Assembly: GCF_964355755.1 (NCBI RefSeq)
Contig: NC_092671.1
Coordinates: forward strand, 8,804,001-8,868,000
Source: Antedon mediterranea
Lineage: Eukaryota; Animalia; Echinodermata
DNA: 64,000 nucleotides
Reading direction: 5' to 3'
A program made the position numbers and the translations under genes. Positions 34,099 to 49,000 of the stretch are shown here, piece by piece. The notes under the pieces are model-generated. The model ran no database searches. It was not told where the DNA came from and saw only the letters and a list, made by a program, of their open reading frames with translations. Every line of letters starts with the position of its first letter. The stretch's first letter is position 1.

Positions 34099-37000
34099 AT
34101 GCATAGACACCGATCAAATATGTGGTTGAGGTAATGTATATTATGTTGGTGTATGAATTTGTCGTTTTTTGTGATCATTTAATTGATATTTATTTGACGT
34201 TTGTTGATTAATAATAAATATTTTGCAGAATCGTGACTCTCATCACTTTAACGTGTACTGTTGTTGATATATCATATGGTCAAAATGAAGTACAGGTGTC
34301 ACAAGGTATGTACATTTTATTCTGATAAAAAAAAAGTCTGTTTCATATAAGACATTTAATATAATGATTGCAAATGCCATTACTTTTGTTGATTGAATGT
34401 ACTATGGTAGTAACTAAGTATAGTAAGTAAGTAAGTACCGGTAAGTAAAGTATTTTATCAAAGGCGGAGAGCTAATGGAAGATGTTGTAGGTGTCATCAT
34501 CCCTAATTATAGTGCATGTGGTTTTGGTTGACATTGTGGAGGTTTCAGTGCATCCATGGAGGTGTCATAAATTTTTTTAGTCCTTATGCCCAGGGGCATA
34601 ATGTAACCCTGATATAAGAATGCAAGATAAGGGAATTATGCTTAATTCCAAAGATAACTTTCTGTGTGTCTTATCCTTGATCAGACAGGATACTAATTTA
34701 TAATTAATTGGAACCTACTTGAATGTCATTAACCTATACTTCAAGTTGGGCAAAGGTATTGGTTGGTGGGGACAAGGATACTTGAAGATGGACTCTCCAT
34801 TACCTGGCCCTGGTGTTCCTATATAATGGGGTGGAGGTATTTATAGGGCCAGGACAAGGGTGAAGATAGCCTCTCCATTACCTGGCCCTGGTGTTCCTAC
34901 AGTATTTATACCAGTGGAGGTATTGGTTGGTGGGGACAAGGATAGGTGAAGATGGACTCTCCATTACCTGGCCCTGGTGTTCCTATATAATGGGGTGGAG
35001 GTATTGATAGGGCCAGGACAAGGGTGAAGATAGCCTCTCCATTAACTGGCCCTGGTGTTCCTACAGTATTTATACCAGTGGAGGTATTGGTTGGTGGGGA
35101 CAAGGATAGGTGAAGATGGACTCTCCATTACCTGGCCCTGGTGTTCCTATATAATGGGGTGGAGGTATCGATGGGGCCGGAACAAGGGCGAAGATAGACT
35201 CTCCATTACCTGCCCCTGGTGTTCCTATATAATAGGGTGGAGGTATTGATAGAGCCAGGACAAGGGTGAAGATAGCCTCTCCATTACCTGGCCCTGGTGT
35301 TCCTATATAATGGGGTGGAGGTATTGATGGGGCCGGAACAAGGGTGAAGATAGCCTCTCCATTACCTGGCCCTGGTGTTCCTATATAATGGGGTGGAGGT
35401 ATCGATGGGGCCGGAACAAGGGTGAAGATGGACTCTCCATTACCTGGCCCTGGTGTTCCTATATAATAGGGTGGAGGTATTGATAGAGCCAGGACAAGGG
35501 TGAAGATAGCCTCTCCATTACCTGGCCCTGGTGTTCCTATATAATGGGGTGGAGGTATTGATGGGGCCGGAACAAGGGTGAAGATAGCCTCTCCATTACC
35601 TGGCCCTGGTGTTCCTATATAATAGGGTGGAGGTATTGATAGAGCCAGGACAAGGGTGAAGATAGCCTCTCCATTACCTGGCCCTGGTGTTCCTATATAA
35701 TGGGGTGGAGGTATTGATGGGGCCGGAACAAGGGTGAAGATAGCCTCTCCATTACCTGGCCCTGGTGTTCCTATATAATGGGGTGGAGGTATCGATGGGG
35801 CCGGAACAAGGGTGAAGATGGACTCTCCATTACCTGGCCCTGGTGTTCCTATATAATGGGGTGGAGGTATTGATAGGGCCAGGACAAGGGTGAAGATAGC
35901 CTCTCCATTACCTGGCCCTGGTGTTCCTATATAATGGGGTGGAGGTATCGATGGGGCCGGAACAAGGGTGAAGATAGCCTCTCCATTACCTGGCCCTGGT
36001 GTTCCTATATAATGGGGTGGAGGTATCGATGGGGCCGGGACAAGGGTGAAGATGGACTCTCCATTACTTGCCCCTGGTGTTCCTATATAATGGGGTGGAG
36101 GTATCGATGGGGCCGGGACTAGGGTGAAGATGGACTCTCCATTACTTGCCCCTGGTGTTCCTATATAATGGGGTGGAGGTATCGATGGGGCCGGGACTAG
36201 GGTGAAGATGGACTATCCATTACTTGCCCCTGGTGTTCCTATATATTGGGTAAATGTATTGGTGGGGCCAAGGGTGATAATGGATTCCTGTGACCTGGTG
36301 TTCCAACTTTGTGCTGACAAAGGTTGAATGGTAATGCCCTGGAGTTCCTATATTACTCTTCTCAACGGGGTGCCCTCGGCCAATTTCCCCCACTATCGAC
36401 TCCATTGTATTGGTGGGGACTAGTTTGTGATAAACTTCCTGACCTAGTGTTTCTATACTGTACATTTGGTGGAGGTAGGACTTGAGGTAAAGTTGTAAGG
36501 GGCAAAGATACCACAAACTAAAATCGTATACATCCTCTACACTAACTTAACACTGAGAGGGAGTGGTACCAATTTCACAGTTATACTGAAAACCAATAGG
36601 GCCTAATTAAACAGCTTGCTGGTACAGTATTCACATAGGGAGGATAAGTAGTACCATCCCTAAAAGGAGACATATTCATGGACAGATCCATGATTTATTT
36701 ATGGGGGATGCTGACATAATTAATAATAGTCTTTTCAAAAGAAAGATCAGAAGTACAGTTTATGCCATTTTGTCTGTCGTGTGTGACCCAACATGCTACT
36801 TTCTGGATCTCCCCTGACCTTTAAGATCCAACAAAGTGTCCCTTAAAAGGGTGTTCCTTAATAGGAATTGACCAATTTCCCCTCATTCGTTTCCCCTAAT
36901 AGAAGGATTCAACTGTATAATAAAAGGATTATTCAAAATTGATGTTTATTAATGGATTTACACACCACCCACAATGTATCAAATTCATTGTTAATTCAAT

Positions 37001-40000
37001 TTTGTATTCTGAATTTTCAAGGCTACTGTACATGATATCTATAATGTAATAGTCTGGTCCTTGACTTTCCAACTGCGAAAGTACATTTCAAATATTTGTT
37101 GTCTATCTGCAATAGTATATTTCATATTCATATACTAGTTTACAACCTAAATAAATAAATTGAGTATTGATGTTCCATTTTTGTGACTTTCAATATCTTT
37201 ATAAACATAGTCGAAAAATTAATTTTATGCTAGTAGTAGTAGTAAATGTTAAGACTTCTTTCAGTTGTGATGTATTTGTGATATCCTGGCGACAAGACGA
37301 GAGACTAAATGGCCTTGTCATAATTTTGTTTACTGCAAATTGGGAAATCCTAAAATTAATTTGTGAGACAAATCGGAATCTTTTAGCCAATTAACGTGAT
37401 ATTCATGTAACTTTGGTGTGAGTCAAAGTACTACTGTATATAGATATTAGTTAGTGACTTCAGTAGAAATAAAAGTTTTTATCAGAGGGGACACCTTAAT
37501 TAGGGGTATCCCCTGAAAACTTAATTGTCCCTCATTCCTCTGAAACTCTTTCTAGTATTAATAATCATAATGAGTTATAAAAATGGCACTATATACGTAG
37601 TTTATAATAATATCAATTTTTTTAACACGCCAATCAGAATCACTATTGAGTTTTAAAACCATAAAAATATATATTCCAGGGTGAATGAATGTAAATGAAT
37701 ACAAATGGAAAAGAAATTTTTCTTCTTTTTTTTTTATCCAATACAACCTGTAGATCGAAAGTACAAAAAATGGTACTTACACTCAACTTTTCTCTTCTAT
37801 AATATCGGAATCCAAATGAAATTTTTTAAAGATTGAATACAAGTAACAATTGTAAACTAATTGGTGTACCAAATTAACAGGGTATTAAATAAATGTGTAG
37901 TTAATTATTGATTGTAAACAGAACTGTAATTACTTTACACCATAGTAATAATAGTTCTTAACATTCTTATTATTTGAATTTTACACTTAGCTTAATAAAT
38001 AAATAATGTAAATTGTGCCTCCTTCATGATATTGATTTATTCATTTTAAAGATGAAAAAAAAGAAGAAAAAATTGTATGTACCTTACTTCTCGTTATGAA
38101 TTAAACATTTTAATGGGAACTGTGTCCATTTTTTAATAAAATTTATACGATTTACAGCGCAGTACTTTAAACCAAATCACAAATATTAAAGTTTTCTGAC
38201 TATCAAGTTAGTACATGCCTGCATACAGTGTAGGATAATTTGTTGTAATGTATTTCTTCCTTTTAAATTAGATTAACTTATAACTTCTAAGAAAAGTCAA
38301 ATGTCTGTTTTATATTCAGTATATAAAGATTCTAATTTCTACTGAGACAGTACGATTAATGGTTTATTATTTCTTTAAATTTTTTATCTTTTAAAAGTTT
38401 GGACCAGTATTTTAAAACCGATATAAATTGACCAATAAAAATTACCAGCTGTTTGTTACTGCTTTTGGAACAAAAATTGGGTTATAAATACTGTACCTTA
38501 TTTTGAACAACTGCATTGTGTGTACATTAAATTCTGCTTTAAGCGTGGAAATCACTGTATAGTATTAGTAGCAACAAAAATGTGTTTTAGAGTGTGTAAG
38601 AATAATTATTCAGAGAAATATGATCTCATTACAGAAGAGGTATCAACTAAGAAAAAGTATCGTGTTTACCCTATCCTACTGAATAATCAAGTTATTTGTT
38701 TTATTGTAATGAATTGAAAAATTCAAAAAGTTTCCTTTAAGTCTATGTCAAATACAAACCAGATCAAAGCCATTAAAATTGAATCTTGTTCCCGGTCGGT
38801 TCAAAAACCTCATCCCCTACAACTGGGTTTAAGTTGCCTCAAGATTATTTGAAAAATGTCCCAAGACAGTTTCTGGTACATGATGGCATGGAAGTTGTCC
38901 TGTTATTTATTCCGCAAGGCATTCACACTAGATCCTTATCTAAAGGCATATACAGTAGTGTTGGGAACATCCCCAGGATATAGAAATTATAAATTTAGTT
39001 TCTCGATATCCAGCTTCTTAGCTGCGTAAGATACTTGTCTTTTTCTACAGTAAGTTATAGGATATACTTATTAACTCAATTCTAACCTAATGTTGTTATT
39101 ACATTTTTATTCCTCTGTAATTTTTGAAACCATTTTATTTTTAAATATTTAAATTGTTTTATACAGAATTTTGCTGTATTTTGAAAGAAATGAATTGCAA
39201 ACAAATCATTTTCACTCAATTTTTATTGACCATATTAATAATCAACAGTTTAAAAATTTGGTCAGAATACAGTAGATTGAAATGTTGAAATTCTCAAATT
39301 TATTCTCAAAAATTAATTTTGACGATATATTTAAAAAAACTTAAGTTTCCTACTACTGTATATACCGTAGTGTTTTTGAATAATATGTACCATGAAATAT
39401 TAATTTTTAAAAATTATTTGTAGATGTTGACAGTATCATTTATATAGTCAAAGTACTGTCAACGACGTCAGATTTGTCAAATATTTGGAGAATAAACTAG
39501 ACAAAACAGAACCCCCTGTGATCTTCCAGGTGTTTTTTTGTAGAGGATCATACCACAACAAATGCTTAATTGTTTTAACGATACTAATACCACTGAAACC
39601 AAATTAAAAAGTTGTTTACTTGTTTTAGACAGTAATGGCCTATAAATGTAGGTTAATATATTCATACATTTGTAATTACTATATGAGTGGCACAATGTAA
39701 TGTTTTATAAAAGATATTAACTGCCCCCATACCCCCCAAAAAAGTTGTTTACTTGTTTTAGACAGTAATGGCCTATAAATGTAGGTTAATATATTCATAA
39801 ATTAGTAATTACTATATGAGTGGCACAATGCAATCTTTTATAAAAGATATTAACCGCCCCCCCCCCCCCCCTACCCCAAAAAAAAAACCATTTACAGAAA
39901 ATGTCTGCGGTTCAAAGTGCGATGTCATATTGACTGCACATGATGCTGTAAAAGCAACAAGCTGGTTTCGTTGGCGCAGTATCGTTTGGTAATTGAATCC

Positions 40001-43000
40001 CTATTTCATTGACTGGTGAACCCTTTCTCATGCTGAGGTCTCATTACAGTTCGTTGGGTCTTGTGCTGCTGTATGACTTCCAGACAAACTTGTTTTTCAA
40101 TATTTCAAATCTTTTACAAAATTGCATTTTTTTCTTCAATATCTCAAACTATAAAATATTGACTCTGGTAAATGCCAACCCTCTTTTTCACTCTCTCTTT
40201 TTCACTCTCTCTTTTCGAAGCATAATTCAGCACACAAACATAGAATATAACATTTTAAATATAAATCTTAAATTTGTGATTTTAATTTATTCAGATATTC
40301 TTAGCCGAGCCATTCACACTAGACTAGGTACTGCTTTGTGAGAGCAACATACCTGTGCTATCAAATACATGATGAGCAAATAATATCTTGTTTGTCTAGT
40401 ATGATAGTGGACAAGTATGAAGAGTTCAAAGTTTATAATATGAGATTTGACAGTATTTTATACCTCTATAAAAATACATTCCATAAAATTATCAATTTTT
40501 CATCAGGTTTAAATTAACATTAAAACGCCCTTGAGATTTTGTAGTTCTGCAAAATTAGTAGTCTGCCTAAGGGTTATTCACACTATACAGTACAGAGAGA
40601 TTACAGTACCTATTTTATGAGGACTTGCGAGCAACCTTCTTCAAGAGACAAGAATCCATGATATTCATTATTTTTAAGAAATAAAAAGACTCGGTGAAAC
40701 TGTCAAATGCATTAAAGAGAAATATGCAAAATGAAAATACTTCTAAAACAAATTACAGTACTCTACTATCATATCTGACATAAGATTATTTTTGTAGTCA
40801 TTGACTTTCAATAAGTCACTTTTTTCCCAATTTTCTCAAGTGTGACTAATAAACCTTTTCTTTATTTTATACCTGATTCTGCTTTTGTTATTCTGTGGAA
40901 AAGTGGATTTAGTGTATAATAGTGGAATAATACCACAGTGTATTTTAAACACAACACAGATATTTAGATGTATGATCTGAGAACTATAATACCTGTGAAA
41001 GAGTATTGATGTTTGTGATTGATAATAATTGATGTGTGTGAATGCAGTTAGTGTTTCAAAAAGTTGTCCTTGTGTCACGCCCAGATTGAAGTTAACTATA
41101 TGGCTACTGAAGATCGCAATTAAAAGTATACAGATATATAATATTAGCAACTGAATGTATTTATTTCTTTGTCCGCCGGTCACTTCTTCGTGGACTTGTT
41201 CACTACCAATTACAATCCAATCATACATAAACAATCATGTGTATACTCGGCTTGGTTTACTACAAAATGGTGGTCAGACAGTTACGTATTGGTACCAACT
41301 TCAGCCCAACGGGCAGCAAATGGTCAATCTGTATTATTGCTGAGGTGCGACACCTCCCTTCTCTACAAGGTTCATGTGAGGTGTAATTACTACATTCCTC
41401 CGCAATTCTTTTATACGGTAATACACCTGACTAGTTCTATGCAAATTACCCTTTGCGTTTAACTTTAAATACCAGTCACTTTTGACTGTGACACCTTGCA
41501 TGTTATATTTATTTGTAAAGTAAGAAACGATCATGTTTTTGCATATTAAACAATTCTGTTTTTGCATACCATACATACAATATCAAATCTTTATTTTACT
41601 TTTTTCTTGATTTCACCTTATTTATAGAGGGTGACCCTAAACAGTTCTATGACAGTGGCGGTGTGCATATTAGTACATCTCGTCTCAAAAGATGTACTAG
41701 GCACATATGGCACATGAGCCATATGTGTACACTGGACCTAGTCCTTATTCGATAGTACCACCAGAACCACCGAGTGAGTGAGGCCTGAACCCTTGCCGAT
41801 GTTATTATGGCAAGGTATTACTGCTACACTGTCTTAACCACTTGGCCACTGACCCACTCTTGAATACAATACAGGTAGCCTGAATTAAATGTTAATAACA
41901 TTAATAAATGAGGGAAAATACAGAGAGCAACAAGGGGCATGCCATTAGACATTGCGCCAATATTGAAGATACATATAACGCAAAAGATTTTAATAGGGTA
42001 ATAGGCAATAGGCATAGTCAGTTGGTATATTCAGGACAATAACTTGAAAATTGTGGACATTTATTGTGAATATAAACAAACATACAAATATAAGAAATAA
42101 GATGTGTTTAATGATCCATTTTTAACAAACCAAAATATTTGAAATATAAACCAAATTAGTTAACGCGACAGACTTGCTGTGATTATACCAGATTAACTTA
42201 AGCGAACGTGCCCTTTATTTTGTTAAGTTCTTCCAAAGTTTGCATATCCTTGTAAACATGTAATGTATGTTATTTTGTATAAGTGGTGCGTTGAATTGAC
42301 ATGCACTTAATTGAAAGCACTTCTTCCGCCTAAAGTCATCGGCACCTTTCGCTTTTCCAGATTACAGGCCTCTCGGTTTGTTTGTATTCATCAATTACAT
42401 TGCTTCATTAAATCTTAAAGAGGATCTCTTCCATGACTCGGAATCACAATTTTGAAGCATCAGTACTTCACAAACAATGTTTATTTACCCGGTGATAGTT
42501 AATATGGGTTTTGGACTTTTGAACTTCAAAAGACACATAATCCTTATTATTAATTGAAATCTGAGCAATACTGCTTTCACACCTCATCTAAATAGTTTAA
42601 CAATGGGTGTGAAATATGCACAATGCGTCTTTTGTAGAATACGCCTTAAAAGATGCGCTGCAGTTGAAATCGTAGACTGCCGTTGGCCATATCAGACTGC
42701 AAGAATTAAAAAAATATCATTAGGGAACATTGTTTAATTTGCGGTTATTTGAATGAGAAACTTTATGGAGCTATTGATACCAATTGTGTTTTTGGATTCC
42801 AGAGGGTAATTACATTTAAAGTTTGTTGGTGGTCCCAATGTTTTGATATTGCTTGTACTAATAATGATTTATTGATAGAATTGCAATTAATCAAACAATT
42901 TGACATTTAGGTCTTGTGTAAGTGAATGATTACCCAAAGAAAAACAAACCATGTTTTAAAAATAAATGTGGTTTGAAACTTTACAGGATGTACAGTCTGT

Positions 43001-46000
43001 ACAGTGAACCTCTTCAATAATTTGAAAGTTTGAAGTGAAAAAGAATTTGGCAGATAAGATAGTATTTGCACTCTCTTAAATGTTCTTGAAACTTGGTAGA
43101 AATTATACCATGTCGTTGAATGGAAAATTTAGTATTAATAAAACATGTATTAGGCTATTGTATTGGTAGATATGGCATTTACAGGAGGATGCTATTTGTA
43201 GGAGTAAATCAATGGCTAGATACATACTATTTTTTACCTCAAAAGTACAAGTATTCTGATATTGTTTCTTTGATAATAGGAATTGTGTGAAGAACACAGA
43301 ATATGGTGTTTAATTTTAAAATGCCTCTTTTGTGACAATTTATTCTATTCAGTTTCAAACACAGACAAAGTATTGTCGCATCAAGATTTTCAAAGTGAAC
43401 TCCCAATCAAATTTCTGGTGAATTGATCATCAATTTTTACATTCCAACTAATGTTCTGTAGTACCAGCCAATGGCGATTTTCCGTGGAGATGTTACTATG
43501 CCAAGTGGGATTCACGCTTCAAATGGAATGTAAATTCTATGTAGTTTAAATACTAACAAATGTGAACTTGTGCAATCGTTACCATAGTTGTCCTTATAGT
43601 GATGTCAATCAAATTGCTCAAAAAATCCTCAATTGTTTTTGACCAGTTCCTGCCTGGATAATGATGAGCCATATAGCAGGAATCTGATTGAGCAATCAAT
43701 TAAAATAATAGCCAATTTATCACAGTCGTTTAAACATGTAATTGGTCCCATATTTTGGGTCATAAGTTTGAAGCTTTTGTGATTATGGGAAAGGCGTGGT
43801 ATTCATAGCTGTCCGTCATTATCAAGCTGGGCAAGTCTCTCAACTGCCATAGCTAGTCGCCTTAAAATAATTTATTTCAATGCAAAACAATTGTTGAATA
43901 AAAAGTAAATTAAAATGACTATTTCAATTTACAAGTATACCATCTAAAAACATGGATTATATTGCTATCAGCTAGCCAAAGTATGTAGTAGGAAATAAAA
44001 ATGTTGTTACTTTAGTACAGTAGTTTATAGACCTATTGTACAACCTTAAAATTTGATGATTAGCTTTAAGATATATCATTTTTTAACCCCAGGAACATGC
44101 CAAAAGTAGACAGTGTTTGTTATTTGTATAATAAACCTATTAAAAACACCGTCCTTATATATTTTTCCCATAAAGTTAATAATAGATAAGTAATTTGTTG
44201 TCGCTCCCCACTTTTGAAAGAAAAATTAAGGGTTTAAACTGTAATTGATTAAAATTTAATTCCAGAGTGTATATCAATTGATGAAAATAAACTTTCCCAT
44301 AGATAATTCAACAAATATGGCTTCACATAATTGTGAATCTCCTATACATACAAGTTCATTGTATTAAATTGTGTGTAATTCTGTTGAAGCAGAAAGCTGG
44401 GAAGTACTGTATATATCTCGGCCATTGAATCAAACAACAAAGAGATTGTATGGCTTTACAATGCTTATCAAATAGTAATACATTTCGGCAAATATTTTGC
44501 AGCAATCTTTTAACATTAACAGTGGTTAACTTCCAACAAATTTTTAGAATTGTTAATAGAAAAGAAAATGGATTTGTGCCTGGTTTTTACCTGGATAAAT
44601 CAACCAGCCATTTCTCCCCATAGAGAGAGAGAACAAATATTAAGTTTCCTCTATTAGTTGCTTTGTAACATACCTTTTTCCATTATTGGTATATTCTTTG
44701 AACTTTGGCTTCAGTTTATTTTTACACAGATTTATTTTCACTGTAATAATTGTATTACATCCCAATTTATAAATACACAAATAACTTTTTTTTGTAATCG
44801 TGTTGAATCAAGTAAATCCTTGTTTGAGCCATAGCTTCCTTCTCTTATTTATTAGTCATATCTAACTGTTTTTACTAAAAACCAACAAATTCCAAGCACG
44901 ATCAAAAGAGTTTACCTCCTTGCTGATTTGCTACTGAGTTGCTTTTTGGATCGGACCAAATTCCGACAGTGAAACAGGTGAGAGTATGAAAGACCAATGT
45001 AATCCATTAGTGATTATGAACTCCTAGAATTTTCTGTTGTGCAAGAGCCATAACAAGAATCAGTCAATTATGGGATGCTTTCATATAAAAATAAACTCTT
45101 TTATTTATGAAGAATGGAAACACCACAATTATACTTATAATACCAGAGATTATGGTTGAAAGTAGGTAAGTAAGAGTAATCCATTATGTAAAGTTTAAAC
45201 AAAATGGACAGTGCTTACGAACATAGTAAACATCTCGTCACCTTGCCCAATTTGCAAATCAAACTAATTGAATTTCTAAAGCTTTTTAATAATAGCTTTC
45301 AGACAGATCTCAAAATATCTACAGATATTTCAATAGAGGGCCTTTTATAAACAGAGGAAATTACCAGGTACTCTGTGATAGCCTTGGAAAACTTGTTTTA
45401 AAATCTGATTTACAAAGTATAAAGTTGCTATTGTGTAGCTTAACTGATGTTACTGTTGGAAGTATTAACCATTTATTAGTTCCTGTTTTTTTTTATTAGA
45501 ACCCTTTTACATCCTATTGAAGTGTAATGTTAGTGTTTTCATGAATAACTTGCTTAATATGGGCGGCCATTAGGGCCAAAATAGACAAACGTTGCCGTAC
45601 GAGCAATTTGTTTGGCTTATGGGAGCGGAATTGTTCTCACAGCAACGTTTGTCTATTTTGGCCCTAATGGCTGCCCATAGCTTAAGGAGCCCACACACAC
45701 TGAGTGATGGTATGGTGGAAATGTCTATATATTTAACCTTTTTTAACCTTGTTTGTTTGATTGTGTATTATTGGTTCTGTCAAAGGACAAAGTTAGTTTG
45801 ACTAATTATTGTCCAACAGGACTGCTTCTGAAGTACTGCCCATGCATTGAAATACTTGGGCATCTCAATTCTTATCAAGTGTCTACTTCAATAATACCAT
45901 CAGTTTACTACACCCTTCCCCACACCACAGTATACACCACAGTATACACCACAACTAACACCTTCAATTATTCAACCATCGTTGCCACCAGCATTATTTC

Positions 46001-49000
46001 AAATTGACAACTCTTACCACCATTTCCACCAATCTTCATCTCTATTAACAATGTCAACACTACCACTACAACAGTTGTATAGCTCATTCCAATGATCACT
46101 GACACTACCTCGCTACCATCATCAGTCATCTTCATCATTGTTGCCACATTTAACCAACACCCACCCTTTATTTTTCATCGTTGATGCCAATACTGCCACT
46201 ATGCTTCTTTATCACAAGTATCTTCAGCTTCAAGACAATCATACATCATTACCATTGCTACTAGCAACTGATCAAGCTATTCACACTCAAACAACCTAAA
46301 CTCTGCAAACACATGAAACAGTTATAATAATTGTATGTATTTAGGCCTATAATAAACTGTTAACACAATATTTAACAATCAAATACAACAAAGACGTTCC
46401 GGACAGCATTTTATAAACACTTTTACAATAGTGTGCAAACATTATTGAATTTGTAATGTACTGTAATTGATGGACATCCTCAGCTAGGGCCGTCTGTTTC
46501 TGATAATGATGTTGTTCTTCAAAATCGGTTTTGGTAGTTGTTTATATAGAACGATTGCATTGTAGCCAAGTTTTTGCCTTCTACATTTCTCTATGTCTCA
46601 AAATAAATCACTTATAAATTATATAAACATTTAGAGTTTTCAATGATTAAAGATACTATAGTTCAATAAACATTAACTTAGAACTAGTACTCTAGTTACA
46701 CTGTATATTAAGAAAATGACACTATTTTTTATGCATGTTGTCTGTAGGATTGACGACGACAGTGGCTTCATATATTGGTGAGTTACTTTGCGTTTCAGCC
46801 TGTTTTACTGCTAGATACAGTAACGCTTTTACTTATGATATTGCTAATTCATTTGGTTGTAATTTTATTAAAATAATATTAAATATAATATACTTGGTTT
46901 CTGTGATTCTAATTATTCTAAAACATCCATAGGGCCTACTAATGTCACATTATTTATCAAATTAATATTATTCATGCACACTGTGAATGGTACTTTCAAA
47001 ATGTAATAATGGGGCACACAAAAACATTCATAATATTTATTGTTACTGCAATTCTTTAAAACATAAATAATTCATAAATTTTTGGTTAATATCAACCATA
47101 TATTTTAGTGGTTTAAATACATGTTTTATTTATGTAACAATAACTGATTTGATAGCAGTTAGATTATTATGAATTGATTGAATATCGGATAACCACTGCT
47201 AATTAAAATAGTATATTAAGTTTTGCGATGACGAGAGAAAATTCTTTTACCAAAATGCGATAAGGGTAACGCACATATTTTGTGATAACATATAATAGCA
47301 ATTGAATTTTTAATTTCTGTTAAATATAAAGTTTCACAAGACAATTACAGTTAGAATGACAAGTAAATGGAGTGAAACTAATCCTGTACCTAAGGGAACT
47401 ATTATTCTGGTGAATGAACAAATTCCTATGAGGATATCACTTTGTCTGTGACTGTAATTTACCTGTTGATTGATCAATAGAATTGATAAATATATAGTTT
47501 CAATACATGTTGGATTGGACCTAGTTTAAGTCATGCCATATTTACAGATTCACACTTAATAGGCAAACTGTCAACACCTACCGACATTCCAATAAGTTAT
47601 GAATTTATAAATAGCATTATGTTGGGTTAAAAACAAGGTGTCCTCCCCTAACTTTTCCTTCCAACCCCCCCCCCCCCCTCACCCCACCTCATCTCATCTC
47701 ATTTCACATTAGGTAGTACACATAAACTAATGTTTCCCATATACAGTACTTACATGTGCGCAAGAGGTACGACATACAATATCAACATAAGCCCTTTATA
47801 TAATTATCAAAGGCCTGGGTCTAAACAGGACCTGGAAATGTTACCTCAGGATACAGGTCATAATACAGTTAAACTGCATGTGAAAGTTCAAAGATAATCT
47901 ATTAAAAATACCCTGGGGATATAAATTGTAACTGTAACTGAATGTGTGTGTACACCTTAATACACTTTAAAAATGATTTAATTTTATTAAATTTCGGATT
48001 AAATTCCTTTTAACAGTAAAATTTCCCAATTACAAATGTTCATTTAATATCATTTGTGATACCAATGTTGCTAAAATGTTAATAAACTCAATTCAAAATG
48101 TACAGTATGTTCATATGTTTGGAAATACGAATAAATTAAAATGTTGATTATATTTTGGTATAGAAATGTGAATATATAGGGCTTATGTATTTTTTTTGCA
48201 GTGGTTTGAAATTTGCATGTAGTTTATAGCTGGATTAATTTTGTGATATTCTTTAATGAATGTATTTATTATGTGCCTGAAATGCATTATACATTACCCG
48301 TATATCCATCCCTAAAGTTTATAAATATTATACAGTTTTGATACACATGGAAAATGTGTACATTTACAGCAGAAATTTGAATACCGATACCAGGCCAAAC
48401 AAGCATAAATTTGCGGCCTGAGCAAAACAAATGTGTAGGCCTGTACCAACTCTATAAACTAGAAATGTTTGAATAGTAGTATTTGCATTTGATATCGGAA
48501 TTGTTTGAAGTGATTGTAGTGTATAGAATAATAATAAAAGCTATAATTAAATAAATCCTTTTAGGAGGTTTAACTGGTAGTTGACTTTCTTTTGTCAAAT
48601 TCCAATATACTTCTTGATAAAAGGAAGCGATGCATTGCTTATTTATACAATATTTCATTGATCTGTATTAAACGTCAACTCAAGAATGGTATCCACTCCT
48701 CAAGCATTTACTTTGCCTACAGGCTAATAGTTAATGTAACAATTGCCTTACAATACCTACCAAGCTTTAATATTCTAGTTTTTCTGGCATTTGTATTCTG
48801 CTTCAAACCCTTTTATTATTGTACTTGAAATGTTAAGTGAATTGCCTATTTTAGAATGTTTGAAAACAAACTTCAGAAATCTGGTAATTTTTGTTTCTAA
48901 GTCTTGATAATTTAAATTAACCAATAGACTTATTATTAAAATACCACAACAATCTAAATGAGAGGGAAGTAACTGTTATACTGTATTTTATAGTTAAGAA

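Noticed and set aside
34755-36250. CRISPR array or collagen Gly-X-Y exons
   Set aside because: The units are contiguous near-identical repeats without unique spacers, and there is no Gly-X-Y periodicity on the + strand.
45890-46270. Thr/Pro-rich mucin-like alternative exon of multiplexin
   Set aside because: It is a degenerate CAC/CAT low-complexity tract with no long open frame and no convincing splice sites.
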